A stretch of DNA of 64,000 bases from Candidatus Woykebacteria bacterium (GCA_040876265.1 JBBDPN010000001.1:53691-117690), one strand, 5' to 3'. Counted from the first letter of the stretch, positions 47,351-57,060 are shown. Program-made: numbers and translations. The notes: generated by a model from the letters alone, not told the origin.

Positions 47351-48100
47351 ATGCCGGATGAAAATGTAGCCAATCAACAACCTACAACTACAATAGCCAT
47401 AAAGAAACCTATCAATTGGAAAAATATTCTTATCGGTGTAGTCGTCGGTGGAGTTCTCTTTGGCGGTGGTGGTTACCTGGTTTACAATGCTTACCAACCC
47501 AAGAAAGAAGAACCTGCACCGACTTCTACTACCACAAAGACATCAACACCCTCAAGCACAACTAAAAAAGAAGAGCCAAAAGACGAAACTGACGATTGGA
47601 ATTTGTACAAGAATAAAAACTTTGGTTACCAAATTAAGTACCCAAAGAATTGGAAGCCTTACGACGCTGGCATCATAGAAACATCCGTACATTCGGAAAA
47701 GAGTTTTACTTACCGGTCAACCCCTCCACCTGAGATGGAAGACAACAATGCTACTCTAGTGGTAATAAGTGCGGAGAAAGAGGGGTCAACTCAGTATCAA
47801 TCTCTAGTTAATTTCTTCAATACATTTTATGATAGAAGTGCAGGAACATATGTATCTAATACGCTTTGGAGAGCTAAGACTCAGGTAGAGAAGGTGGATA
47901 ATACAACAATAGATGGGTACGCTGCTTTTGAGACGAATGAACAACCAAGTAAGGATGCCGGAACAGGTCCGTATAATGATACTGCTTTTTATGTTAAAAA
48001 GGGCAATGTAGTGTATAGAATTGGCATTTCTGTAAGTAAAGAGGACTCAAACTATCGTGATGCAGAGAAGATTGTCTCAACCTTCAAATTCCTCGATTAG
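47351..48100 (+). CDS. Paralog 1 of a signal-anchored surface protein family (conserved N-terminus 'TT..KKPINWKNIL' + TM, Thr/Pro linker, C-terminal 'FKFLD')
   Basis: 'IAIKKPINWKNILIGVVVGGVLFGGGGYLVYNAYQPKKEEP...STFKFLD'. Confidence 0.5.
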   Translation: MPDENVANQQPTTTIAIKKPINWKNILIGVVVGGVLFGGGGYLVYNAYQPKKEEPAPTSTTTKTSTPSSTTKKEEPKDETDDWNLYKNKNFGYQIKYPKNWKPYDAGIIETSVHSEKSFTYRSTPPPEMEDNNATLVVISAEKEGSTQYQSLVNFFNTFYDRSAGTYVSNTLWRAKTQVEKVDNTTIDGYAAFETNEQPSKDAGTGPYNDTAFYVKKGNVVYRIGISVSKEDSNYRDAEKIVSTFKFLD

Positions 48101-48306
48101 TACAAAACCTTGCTTTATGTGGAACGTTGTGTTAAACTAACCCATAGTTGAATTAGAACACGAGCTAGTACATTGCTTTTCCTCAAAGAGCTTTGAAATT
48201 AGCTCCCCTCCTTCGTAAAAACTTCGAAGGACAAGCCTAAGATTTCAAAGTTCTTGCAATCCGCATTTACTCTTCTTAGCCATTCTACTTCAATTAACAA
48301 AACAAT

Positions 48307-49557
48307 ATGTTTAGAAACAGAAATAGAGCTAGTTTTGGCCGTCATCAAGGCGGTTTTGCTAGAAGAAAATTTAACAAGTCAGCCAACGGTGGTAGTTATA
48401 GTTATCCAAAAAGCATTTCGGCTGGGAGAAGGCTCGCACGAGCAACAAAAAGCGAGCTCGGAGACGATATAAATGTATTTATTAAAAAAGCCGCAGGGAC
48501 TTCAAATGGAGAGGCCTTTACCCCGCACAATAGTTTTGCCGATTTTGATATTGCCCCAGTCTTGAAGCAAAATATTTCTGCCAAAGGGTACACCCACCCG
48601 ACGCCAATCCAGGATGAGGCTATAGAGCCACTTCTTGCTGGTAGAGATCTGATCGGTATTGCCAATACTGGAACCGGGAAGACAGCCGCGTTTCTGGTCC
48701 CCTTAATAAATAAAATTTACAATAATAGATCCGAAAGAATGTTGGTCCTTACTCCAACTCGCGAACTAGCTGGACAGATAAATGAAGAGCTTCATATCCT
48801 TTCTCGTGGTATGAATATTTATTCCTCGCTTGTTATAGGAGGAGCAAATATTCACCGCCAAATCTCTGATATCAAGCGTCGTCCAAGTGTAGTTATTGGT
48901 ACGCCAGGTAGAATAAAGGATCTTATTGAAAGACGCGCCCTGCACCTAGACGATTTTCACACCTTTGTTCTTGATGAGGTAGATAGGATGGTGGATATTG
49001 GCTTTATTAGAGAAGTTCAATATTTTGTTTCGCTTCTTCCTCCAGAGCGTCAATCATTGTTTTTTTCAGCCACGATCCCACCAAACGCGCGAGAAATACT
49101 AGACTCATTTGTAAAAGATCCGGTAACGATATCGGTAAAGGTGCAAGAAACCGCTGAAAATATTGATCAGGATGTTGTCAGGGTGAACGGCGGCAACAAA
49201 TTGGAAAAACTCCACGACCTGTTGAACAGGGAGGATCTTGAAAAAGTGCTTATATTCGGTCGCACCAAGCATGGAATTGACAGGCTAGATAGGCAGCTGA
49301 CCGAAAAAGGTTTCAAAGTCGCCTCTATTCACGGCAACCGCCGCCAATCTCAGAGACAAAAGATACTTAAGCAATTTAAGGAAGATAAGATAAAAATACT
49401 GCTAGCTACCGATGTAGCATCTCGAGGGTTGGATATTGATAACGTATCGCACGTGATAAATTACGATCTTCCTCAAAGCTATGACGACTACGTCCACCGT
49501 ATTGGTCGGACCGGTAGAGCTAACAAGATGGGTAAGGCTCTTACCTTTGTTGATTAA
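48307..49557 (+). CDS. DEAD-box ATP-dependent RNA helicase with Arg-rich N-terminal tail
   Basis: Q-motif 'FADFDIAPVLKQNISAKGYTHPTPIQ'. 'ANTGTGKTAAF'. 'VLDEVDRM' DEVD. 'HRIGRTGR'. Confidence 0.9.
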   Translation: MFRNRNRASFGRHQGGFARRKFNKSANGGSYSYPKSISAGRRLARATKSELGDDINVFIKKAAGTSNGEAFTPHNSFADFDIAPVLKQNISAKGYTHPTPIQDEAIEPLLAGRDLIGIANTGTGKTAAFLVPLINKIYNNRSERMLVLTPTRELAGQINEELHILSRGMNIYSSLVIGGANIHRQISDIKRRPSVVIGTPGRIKDLIERRALHLDDFHTFVLDEVDRMVDIGFIREVQYFVSLLPPERQSLFFSATIPPNAREILDSFVKDPVTISVKVQETAENIDQDVVRVNGGNKLEKLHDLLNREDLEKVLIFGRTKHGIDRLDRQLTEKGFKVASIHGNRRQSQRQKILKQFKEDKIKILLATDVASRGLDIDNVSHVINYDLPQSYDDYVHRIGRTGRANKMGKALTFVD

Positions 49558-49623
49558 AAAAAGTTATCCAACCCTTCCAAGACACATTGACAAACAACAT
49601 AGCAAGACTACATAATTATTTTA

Positions 49624-50499
49624 ATGCCTGAAGAAACCAACACTACAACCAAAAAACCAATAAATTGGAAGAATATCTTACTCGGCGTGACAATCGGAGC
49701 AGTTATCTTTGGCACTGGCGGCTACTTGGTCTACAACGCTTACCAACCCAAAAAAGAAGAACCAGAACAAACCACTAATATCCCAAAGACAGCCACACCC
49801 TCAGCAACACCCACCGATAAAGATTGGCAATTGGTTAAAGGGGAAACAACACAAGATGAAGATGGTAAAGTATATAAATTTGAGTTTAGTGCTCCTAAGG
49901 ATTTCAAAGTCGCCGCACCCAGAGCTGATTTACCAAAGGAATCACAAAAATACTACTACTATGCTGAAGGTTCTGGTGTTACATTTTTTGCTGGTCTTAT
50001 GGAAGGTCCAGGACCTCTTACAGTACTCCATGGGCGTGCTGACCAGAGCAACTTGTGTGTTAAACCTTTACAACTGCAAGAAACTGGGGAGGGCTATTTT
50101 GAGGTTTGTGATGTAGTAAAACTAGGTGGTAAAGACGCACTTTGGTTAATAGATGTCCACATTGGAACAAACAGCCACGCAACGGCTTGTGAGAAGAACG
50201 CCACGCTTCATGTAATATACAACCTGGGTAAAAGCTCCTCAGTTTACTTTACTCCAGAACTTGATGTTATGAAGGAAATAATAAAACCATGGGCGAAGAT
50301 TTCTAGTAAACCTGTTGGTACTGTGGATAGTGGTGGAGAGCTGCAAGTTTGTCCAAAAAATATAGATTACGCTACTGTAAAAAGTAACTTAACTTCAGAA
50401 ATAAACAATATTCGAACTGCAAAAAATCTCTCCGCTAAAGATAGTCAAATACTAGATACACTTTACAAAATAATCCCAACCTTCAAATTCCTTGACTAA
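49624..50499 (+). CDS. Paralog 2 of the signal-anchored 'FKFLD' surface protein family
   Basis: 'MPEETNTTTKKPINWKNILLGVTIGAVIFGTGGYLVYNAYQPKKEEP...IIPTFKFLD'. Confidence 0.5.
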   Translation: MPEETNTTTKKPINWKNILLGVTIGAVIFGTGGYLVYNAYQPKKEEPEQTTNIPKTATPSATPTDKDWQLVKGETTQDEDGKVYKFEFSAPKDFKVAAPRADLPKESQKYYYYAEGSGVTFFAGLMEGPGPLTVLHGRADQSNLCVKPLQLQETGEGYFEVCDVVKLGGKDALWLIDVHIGTNSHATACEKNATLHVIYNLGKSSSVYFTPELDVMKEIIKPWAKISSKPVGTVDSGGELQVCPKNIDYATVKSNLTSEINNIRTAKNLSAKDSQILDTLYKIIPTFKFLD

Positions 50500-50501
50500 T
50501 T

Positions 50502-51173
50502 ATGCCTGGAGAAAGTACAAATTCACAAACCAATCCTACTAAAAATCGGCTAAAAGTTTTGATTGGTGTATTAGTTGGTGCAGTCCTTGGGGTCATACTG
50601 ACTTGTTTTGGTCTTCTTTTCTATCTCACCCAGCAAGGGGTTAACATTTTTACGATAGTGAAGGACGCCGAAACCCAGCAATCTCAAACTGATTCACAAA
50701 AAGACGAAACAGCTGATTGGAGGGTTTATACCAATAAAGACTCCGGCATAAAGTTCAAAGCACCATCAAATTGGAAGGAAGACAACAGAGGCGCTGATGG
50801 GAGTATTTCTATCTATTATAAAGGCGATGCTGGAACAGGGATAGAATCTGATGGAGCTATGATTAGAAACGGTATTACAGTCTCCTACAAAGATTCCTTA
50901 AAAAATTATATCGACAAAAATACAGTTGATACAGAAAAATTCAATTCGGGAGGGTATAGTCCTGGGGATATTTTTGAAAATATTAAGGAAACTACTCTGG
51001 GAGGGAAGCTGGTTTATTTGGGAGACGCTCTTAGCGAGGACGGTCAAGCAAAGGTAGCCTATGTGGATTTAGGAGATGGTACTGCAGCTACTTTTATTTT
51101 AATCACGAAGAATGTAGAAGATTTCGAAGAAACATTTGAACTAGTTATATCGACAGTAAAATTGATCAGGTAA
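50502..51173 (+). CDS. Paralog 3 (divergent) of the signal-anchored surface protein family
   Basis: 'MPGESTNSQTNPTKNRLKVLIGVLVGAVLGVILTCFGLLFYL...ISTVKLIR'. Its start overlaps the conserved junction sequence. Confidence 0.45.
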   Translation: MPGESTNSQTNPTKNRLKVLIGVLVGAVLGVILTCFGLLFYLTQQGVNIFTIVKDAETQQSQTDSQKDETADWRVYTNKDSGIKFKAPSNWKEDNRGADGSISIYYKGDAGTGIESDGAMIRNGITVSYKDSLKNYIDKNTVDTEKFNSGGYSPGDIFENIKETTLGGKLVYLGDALSEDGQAKVAYVDLGDGTAATFILITKNVEDFEETFELVISTVKLIR

Positions 51174-51224
51174 TTAACAAATAACTGAAACTTTGCGTTT
51201 AACCTTCAAATTCCTTGATTAATT

Positions 51225-52355
51225 ATGCCTGAAGAAACCAGTACCACAACCAAAAAACCAATAAATTGGAAGCTTATTGTAATAATTACTGTAATCGCAG
51301 CGATCGCCCTTGGAGCCTTGGCTTACGTCGTTGTAGCTCTTGATATCTTTGGTACAAAGACCAATGAAACAGCAGCAACAAATACTACTACTCCAGAACA
51401 GTCGAACCCACCAAAAGAGGGTTGGAGTAGGCATACTAGCAGGAATTTAGGAATCTCGGTTGATTACCCTAAGGAGTTTAAAGTGGAGGAGCTGCCTACT
51501 AGTGTTAGCGATGTCGATTTTTATTGGCTGATTAGTATTCTTCAACCGGATACTGTGCATCCAGAAATAAGGATAGAAAGCGATTTTATTTACCCAGATG
51601 TAAAAAAAGCATATGAGAGGGTATCTAAATACAAAATAAATGTCCCAAAAGAAAATAAAGGTACTATTGACTCACCTGGTTTTACGGAAACTAGATTACC
51701 AGATGTTACTGTTGATGGTTTGACAGCAATAAAATTAAAAAGTGATAGTCCGGACATAGGAATCAGCGGAGTTACAGTTTATTTAAAAAGGGGTAATAAC
51801 TATTTCAGTTTTGGTCTCTCAACCGAAACAAAATCTCTCAAATCGAATGCGAAAATTTTTGATGAGATACTTTCATCTATAAAATTTATAGGAACCTCTA
51901 TTGGAGAAAAACTGACTAGTCAGTGGAAATCGTATTCTGATGAGACTATTGGGGTTTCATTTAAATATCCGTATACAGCAAAGATTGAAGGGTCTAGTAA
52001 CACAAAAACCTTTAATTTTAATTCGAACCCAGCACTTGGACTTGGGAGCCAGTGGATTCTTTCAGTATCCAAGAAACCGACAGACTGGAAAACATCAAAA
52101 GATATCGAGAGCTACTATTTTAAAAATAACTTCGTAAATCCGATGGAAATTTTTGTAGAAGGTTCCCAGGGCTTGGAGATTTTAGAGCAAAATAATTTGG
52201 ATCCTACAAACTCTCAAACAATAAAAATTCTAGCAGTTTTATTAAAAGATGGTCAAGCTTACACGTTTCAACTTACTAGAGCAGGTGGTGGGGATGTGCT
52301 TGATCTCTACCCCTTCTTTAAAACAATATTGTGGACCGTCAAATTCCTCGATTAG
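51225..52355 (+). CDS. Paralog 4 of the signal-anchored 'FKFLD' surface protein family
   Basis: 'MPEETSTTTKKPINWKLIVIITVIAAIALGALAYVV...ILWTVKFLD'. Confidence 0.5.
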   Translation: MPEETSTTTKKPINWKLIVIITVIAAIALGALAYVVVALDIFGTKTNETAATNTTTPEQSNPPKEGWSRHTSRNLGISVDYPKEFKVEELPTSVSDVDFYWLISILQPDTVHPEIRIESDFIYPDVKKAYERVSKYKINVPKENKGTIDSPGFTETRLPDVTVDGLTAIKLKSDSPDIGISGVTVYLKRGNNYFSFGLSTETKSLKSNAKIFDEILSSIKFIGTSIGEKLTSQWKSYSDETIGVSFKYPYTAKIEGSSNTKTFNFNSNPALGLGSQWILSVSKKPTDWKTSKDIESYYFKNNFVNPMEIFVEGSQGLEILEQNNLDPTNSQTIKILAVLLKDGQAYTFQLTRAGGGDVLDLYPFFKTILWTVKFLD

Positions 52356-52562
52356 AGATGCTGTGGCTTGTAACAATTCTCCCTAAGTAATCTCTCTCAA
52401 CAATCTTAGCGGCTTTCCGGGGTTTTGGGATCCTTAACTCGAACTTAAAAGGTGTGCAGATAGCTTTGGTTTGTGGTATTGCACTTCATCTCCGCCGACC
52501 TTTAGCGTAAGAGGTAGATTTTAATTTAATAGCGGTCAATAAACAAACGGTAGGACTATAGG

Positions 52563-53054
52563 TTGATTTACCAAGGATCTTATGCTAATATCCTGGCCAT
52601 GAGAGATCAACAAAACACAACGGAAGGAGCGGTTAACATGACACAAAGGTGTCGTTTCGAAGACTGCAGTAAGGATAATCCGGCAGAAGCTCGTTTCTGC
52701 ATGTTTTGCGGTAAATCTTTAGCCGGACCAAAAGATAGAGAGTGGACCGGAGAGGTCCTGGAGATCTCTTTGGAGGCGGATTTTGGTCCGCTCAGGGAAA
52801 ATTTCAATCTGCCTGAAGATGTAGTTTCAGACGAGCTGATCAAGCAGGTTGTAAAGTCTTTCCCTTCAAAGCAAACGCAGCGGTTTATCCGTTACTACGG
52901 TTTACATGGTGGGCCGCGGATGAGTATGCGAATGATCGCTGGAGAGGATGGTAAAAGTCCCGCTTCGGTCAATCAGGCCATCAACAACGTCGGCCGTGTC
53001 CTGAAATCCCGAATTAATCGGAGTCTGCTTAACCGTCAGATTGCAAGGGAGTAA
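52563..53054 (+). CDS. Putative regulator: N-terminal Cys4 zinc ribbon + C-terminal sigma-70 region-4-like HTH
   Basis: 'CRFEDCSKDNPAEARFCMFCGKS' and 'RFIRYYGLHGGPRMSMRMIAGEDGKSPASVNQAINNVGRVLKSRI'. Start uncertain (perhaps the internal ATG 'MTQRCRF'). Confidence 0.35.
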   Translation: MIYQGSYANILAMRDQQNTTEGAVNMTQRCRFEDCSKDNPAEARFCMFCGKSLAGPKDREWTGEVLEISLEADFGPLRENFNLPEDVVSDELIKQVVKSFPSKQTQRFIRYYGLHGGPRMSMRMIAGEDGKSPASVNQAINNVGRVLKSRINRSLLNRQIARE

Positions 53055-53256
53055 GTGGTGGAGAGGTAGACATAATAAGCACAGAAGGGCCTCAGCTCGC
53101 GAATCAGCGAACCGGGGTCCTTAATTTTTTCAAAAAAGTTTCCGTAGCGCCATTTTTGCTTTCTCGAGTATTTGTTTTGGATAACCCAATGCAAAGCTTT
53201 TCTTGGTCACTTCAGCTGACCAATATTTTTTTCTTTCGCATCCTTACGCGAGTATT

Positions 53257-53679
53257 TTAGAGCCAGCCGATCACTACACCCATGGCTAAGACTGTGATCA
53301 ATTGGTGAACAGTGTTGATACCGAACAGCCTCCACTTCTTTTCACCGAAGATCTGCTCTGTCAGCTGAACCGGCATAATGAACCCAAGCCAAACCCAAAA
53401 AGCGCTGATGAGGCCGGTTTGAATCGGTTCATAGCCGTAGAAGTCCTGTGATAACCCAATAATGTGAGCAAGTACAAAGGCTGTTACTAAAGCCGCAACA
53501 AAGCTAATAGCGTAAAGTGGGCCCATTGTTTTTTGAGCTGCTTTCAGAGACTCATCGGTATAACCCTTCTCTTTCATCCAAGCCTTGCCCATCACCACTT
53601 TGCTGTAGTAAATAAATCCAATCGCCATAGCCACAACAGCCGCTACCAAAACTGCGAGCCAATTTACATCTACGTTCAT
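53257..53679 (-). CDS. DUF1761-like 4-TM membrane protein
   Basis: 'MNVDVNWLAVLVAAVVAMAIGFIYYS...ISFVAALVTAFVLAHIIG'. Confidence 0.55.
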   Translation of the reverse strand: MNVDVNWLAVLVAAVVAMAIGFIYYSKVVMGKAWMKEKGYTDESLKAAQKTMGPLYAISFVAALVTAFVLAHIIGLSQDFYGYEPIQTGLISAFWVWLGFIMPVQLTEQIFGEKKWRLFGINTVHQLITVLAMGVVIGWL

Positions 53680-53770
53680 TTACATTCACCTCCTCCCAGT
53701 AGTTGCTTAGATAATAATATAATTTTTGCAAATATCAATACAGAGAGAAATGAGAGAGGATCGGTATCTA

Positions 53771-54535
53771 TTATGATTTGCGGTAGAGCCAAACGCTTAC
53801 AGATAAAAAGACAATGGCTATTGCTGCCATCCAGACTAAAGCTGGAATTAATGCCTCATGAGAACCACCAGCAGTGAAAGAGCGTACTGCTTGGGCCACT
53901 TTGGTAACTGGTTGGTTCCTTGCAAAAACTTGGAGCCACTCTGGCATGGTTTGGACAGGGACAAAAATGCTACTGGCAAAAACTAGTGGAAAGATCCAGA
54001 TAAATCCAGCCGGTTGAGCAGATTCCGAATCTTTGACTAACAAACCAATTGCTACCGAAATCCAGGAGAAAGCAAAGCCAAAAAATATAGCTAAGGAGAT
54101 AGCAATAAAGGCGCTAAAAAAACCATCTTCGAAACGAAAACCGATGACCATACCAACTAATATCATGATTGTAACTACAAAAAGGTTTCTTATTGTGTCG
54201 GCAAGAACTCTACCCGAGATGAAAGCTGACCTATTTATAGGTAAGGAGCGCAGTCTATCCACAAGACCTGATGACATATCGGTGGCGATACCAACACTTG
54301 CCTGGCTAGCTCCAAAAAGTACTGATTGGACAATAATTCCTGGAAGAAGAAAATTGATATAATTTCCAGTTCCTGTTTGCTGTATCGCTCCTCCAAACAC
54401 ATAGTTGAATAAGAGTAAAAACATAACTGGCTGAATAGTTGAAAAAACAAGAAGCTGGGGGACCCTGCGATAGCGAATCAAGTTTCTTTGCGTCATTACC
54501 AAAATGTCACTGATTCCATTTACAAAACTACTCAT
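53771..54535 (-). CDS. ABC-2 type transporter permease
   Basis: Six TM segments. 'LRSLPINRSAFISGRVLADTIRNLFVVTIMILVG'. Start set to 'MSSFVNG' (SD GGAAGGA), leaving a 4-nt gap after the ATPase gene rather than the long overlap implied by the ORF track. Confidence 0.75.
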   Translation of the reverse strand: MSSFVNGISDILVMTQRNLIRYRRVPQLLVFSTIQPVMFLLLFNYVFGGAIQQTGTGNYINFLLPGIIVQSVLFGASQASVGIATDMSSGLVDRLRSLPINRSAFISGRVLADTIRNLFVVTIMILVGMVIGFRFEDGFFSAFIAISLAIFFGFAFSWISVAIGLLVKDSESAQPAGFIWIFPLVFASSIFVPVQTMPEWLQVFARNQPVTKVAQAVRSFTAGGSHEALIPALVWMAAIAIVFLSVSVWLYRKS

Positions 54536-55475
54536 TTTTTGTATCCTTCCCGGTGTACGTGAGAAAAACTTCATCCAAAGTAGGTTGAGTGAGGCTGATG
54601 TGAAGCAATTCAATTTCAGCTTTTTCTAATATATTTAAAACGTCCCGGAGATCCACTGGTCCATTTGGAGCCGGGAGAGTAATGAGCTGGTGACTATCCT
54701 TTATTCGGATATTCTGTTTAAATTTATTTTTTAAAAGATTTGAAATTCTCTGATTTTCTTGCCAGTTTTTTGGTTCAATCTCTACCATGTTACCCCCAAG
54801 TTTTCTCTTTAGATCACGACTTGTACCTTGGGCGATTACTTTACCTTTATCTAGCAGAACAATGTTGTCAGCGAGCGCATCTGCTTCTTCCAAATATTGG
54901 GTGGTAAGTACCACTGATGTTCCTTTTTCAACAAGACTGCGAATAAACTGCCAAAGATCGTTTCTGGTTCTTGGGTCCAGTCCAGTGGTTGGCTCATCCA
55001 AAAAAAGAACTTGGGGCTCATATATCAAACTAGCGCCTACGTCGAGTCTTCTTCTCATACCACCCGAATAGGTTTTGACTGGGCGATTTGCAGAGTCTTC
55101 TAGAGACATTTCTTTCAATATAGAGCCAGCTCGATTTCGAGATTCTTTTCTTCCCAGGTGATAAAGACGAGCTACCATTTCCAGATTTTCCTTGCCAGTG
55201 AGGGTTTCGTCAACAGCTGCATACTGACCTGCAAGTCCTATGACCGTTCGGAGTTTTTGTCCATCTTTTGCAACATCAAAGCCAGCTACTGTGGCGCTAC
55301 CTTTGTCCGGGGGTAGGAGAGTGGTAAGGATTTTTATCAACGTTGTTTTACCAGCGCCGTTTGGTCCCAGAAGTCCTAAAACCTTACCTTTTTCGGCATC
55401 GAAGCTAACACCAGTTAATGCTTGGGTTTTACCAAAAGATTTATAAATATTTTTTACTGAGATTATTGATTCCAC
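54528..55475 (-). CDS. ABC transporter ATP-binding protein (DrrA-like)
   Basis: 'GLLGPNGAGKTTLIKIL' Walker A. 'YSGGMRRRLDVG' signature. 'VLFLDEPTTGLD' Walker B. Confidence 0.9.
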   Translation of the reverse strand: MESIISVKNIYKSFGKTQALTGVSFDAEKGKVLGLLGPNGAGKTTLIKILTTLLPPDKGSATVAGFDVAKDGQKLRTVIGLAGQYAAVDETLTGKENLEMVARLYHLGRKESRNRAGSILKEMSLEDSANRPVKTYSGGMRRRLDVGASLIYEPQVLFLDEPTTGLDPRTRNDLWQFIRSLVEKGTSVVLTTQYLEEADALADNIVLLDKGKVIAQGTSRDLKRKLGGNMVEIEPKNWQENQRISNLLKNKFKQNIRIKDSHQLITLPAPNGPVDLRDVLNILEKAEIELLHISLTQPTLDEVFLTYTGKDTKNE

Positions 55476-55950
55476 GGTACCCCCTTTCCTTTTGTGGAGT
55501 GTTTATTTTAGCAAGTAAGTCAACTAGCTGGGCGAGTTCTTTGTCAGTCAAATTATCAAAGGCAGAGGAGATAGACGAGATATACTTGCTTCGGAAAAGG
55601 TTAAATTTTTTGGTAGCAGTCTCGGAAAATTTCACTCTTTGGATGCGGCGATCCGTCGGATCTTCTTCTCGTTTCAACAGTCCTTTTTCCACTAGGTGAT
55701 CGACCATTTGGGTGATAGCGCCGCTAGTAACTTTCAAATGTCTCGCCAGATCCTTCACGCTTACACCTTTATCTTTAAATTTCCGTAGGTAAAAGAAAAG
55801 CTCCATGTGACCGCGGCCGTAGTGGTGTTCTTTGTGATCGTGGTCCCGGTGACCGCGGTGCCAGAAATGGGGTTGGGGTGCTAAAGAGCGAAAGGTACCA
55901 AAAAGCTCTTTAGCTAATTTTTGGATAAGCTCTTCCCGTTTTTGTTTCAT
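55441..55950 (-). CDS. MarR family transcriptional regulator with His-rich insert
   Basis: 'VSVKDLARHLKVTSGAITQMVDHLVEKGLLKREEDPTDRRI' wHTH. 'HRGHRDHDHKEHHYGRGH'. Confidence 0.8.
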   Translation of the reverse strand: MKQKREELIQKLAKELFGTFRSLAPQPHFWHRGHRDHDHKEHHYGRGHMELFFYLRKFKDKGVSVKDLARHLKVTSGAITQMVDHLVEKGLLKREEDPTDRRIQRVKFSETATKKFNLFRSKYISSISSAFDNLTDKELAQLVDLLAKINTPQKERGYRGINNLSKKYL

Positions 55951-56074
55951 AATAGGATAGAGAGTAAAAAGTTTAGCTAATAATTAGTTTAGTGGCTAAA
56001 GTATATATTGTCAAGAGGTTTTAACTAGCGAACTCGCCCCCACAAAAACCTAGGCTTGTAATTACACTGTGTTG

Positions 56075-56557
56075 TCATCCGGTGCCTATCAGTTTTGTGA
56101 TCTTTTTTGCAAACTCATCTCTTTCTTTAGGGTTATCAAAAGCATTTTCTAAAAGCACACTCAGCTGAATTTTAAAGTTTGTCTCTAGTGTTTTAGATGG
56201 CTTACCTGTTGTGGCATTTATTAAAAGAATAGTTGGGATTAAACTAACCAATTGCCGCATTAGTTGTTGTAGTTCAATTTTTCTGTTGTTAATTTCCTCT
56301 TCAGATTTAACTACTCTTTTTTCCAATCTTTCCAATTCTTCAGCTTTGGCGTAGATTTCGTCCCTTATTTTACGAAATCTTGCTTCAAAACTAAGCGTCT
56401 TAATTACTTCTAGCTTGTCAATTGAATAGATTACTACAGATACGAAAAAAGTAGCTAAGTATATTTCAATACTGATAAGACCAATGAATAACAAGAAAGT
56501 AACAAATGCCGATGTAGCAATTAGAAGATATATTCGTCGAAGTTTTCTGAACCCCAT
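56075..56557 (-). CDS. Hypothetical membrane protein (2 N-terminal TM helices + coiled coil)
   Basis: 'IYLLIATSAFVTFLLFIGLISIEIYLATFFVSVVIY'. Coiled coil 'AKAEELERLEKRVVKSEEEINNRKIELQQLMRQL'. Confidence 0.35.
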   Translation of the reverse strand: MGFRKLRRIYLLIATSAFVTFLLFIGLISIEIYLATFFVSVVIYSIDKLEVIKTLSFEARFRKIRDEIYAKAEELERLEKRVVKSEEEINNRKIELQQLMRQLVSLIPTILLINATTGKPSKTLETNFKIQLSVLLENAFDNPKERDEFAKKITKLIGTG

Positions 56558-56610
56558 TTCCTAGAAAATTCTACTTTTTCCTTTTCAAGAAAGCAAATCT
56601 GGAAAAAAGA

Positions 56611-56835
56611 TTATTTTATTTTGGAGAATTCTTCTACGGAAAGACCCGTCTGCTTGATTATTGATCGCAGGGTTCCGGTTTTCAAATCTTTGACGTGATA
56701 GGGAACAGGTATTCTGGTTTTTGTGCGGGGTTTAAACATTATATAGTGACTGCCAGAAACGTGATCAATTACAAAGCCGATCTTTTTAAGTTTGGAAATA
56801 ACTTCGCGAGGTTTCTGGGGAGAAAGTTTGGTCAT
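56611..56835 (-). CDS. hicA: HicA family toxin (second copy)
   Basis: 'KPREVISKLKKIGFVIDHVSGSHYIMFKP'. Confidence 0.85.
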   Translation of the reverse strand: MTKLSPQKPREVISKLKKIGFVIDHVSGSHYIMFKPRTKTRIPVPYHVKDLKTGTLRSIIKQTGLSVEEFSKIK

Positions 56836-57060
56836 TCAAACAGAAACCGAAACCTTTTCGATTTCAGCTTTGTCGGTAGGGATGGGTTCTCTATGTTTTT
56901 TCAGGGAAGCGATGTAACCCTCGATGGCATCCTTTATCATGGAAAGAGCTTCGTCTTTGGTTTCACCCTGACTGGTGCAGCCTGGGAGGGCTGGAGCGGA
57001 AATTATGTAGCCGCCTTCTGGCGCCTTTTGGAGATAAACAGTGTAGTTCAAAACCTTCAT
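56836..57060 (-). CDS. hicB: HicB family antitoxin (second copy)
   Basis: 'YIISAPALPGCTSQGETKDEALSMIKDAIEGYI'. Start at the internal ATG 'MKVLNYTV'. Confidence 0.8.
   Translation of the reverse strand: MKVLNYTVYLQKAPEGGYIISAPALPGCTSQGETKDEALSMIKDAIEGYIASLKKHREPIPTDKAEIEKVSVSV

Noticed and set aside
54528-54613. 86-nt overlap between the ABC ATPase and permease genes implied by the ORF track
   Set aside because: The internal start 'MSSFVNG' at 54535 has an SD and leaves a 4-nt gap, so the permease start was moved instead of accepting a long overlap.
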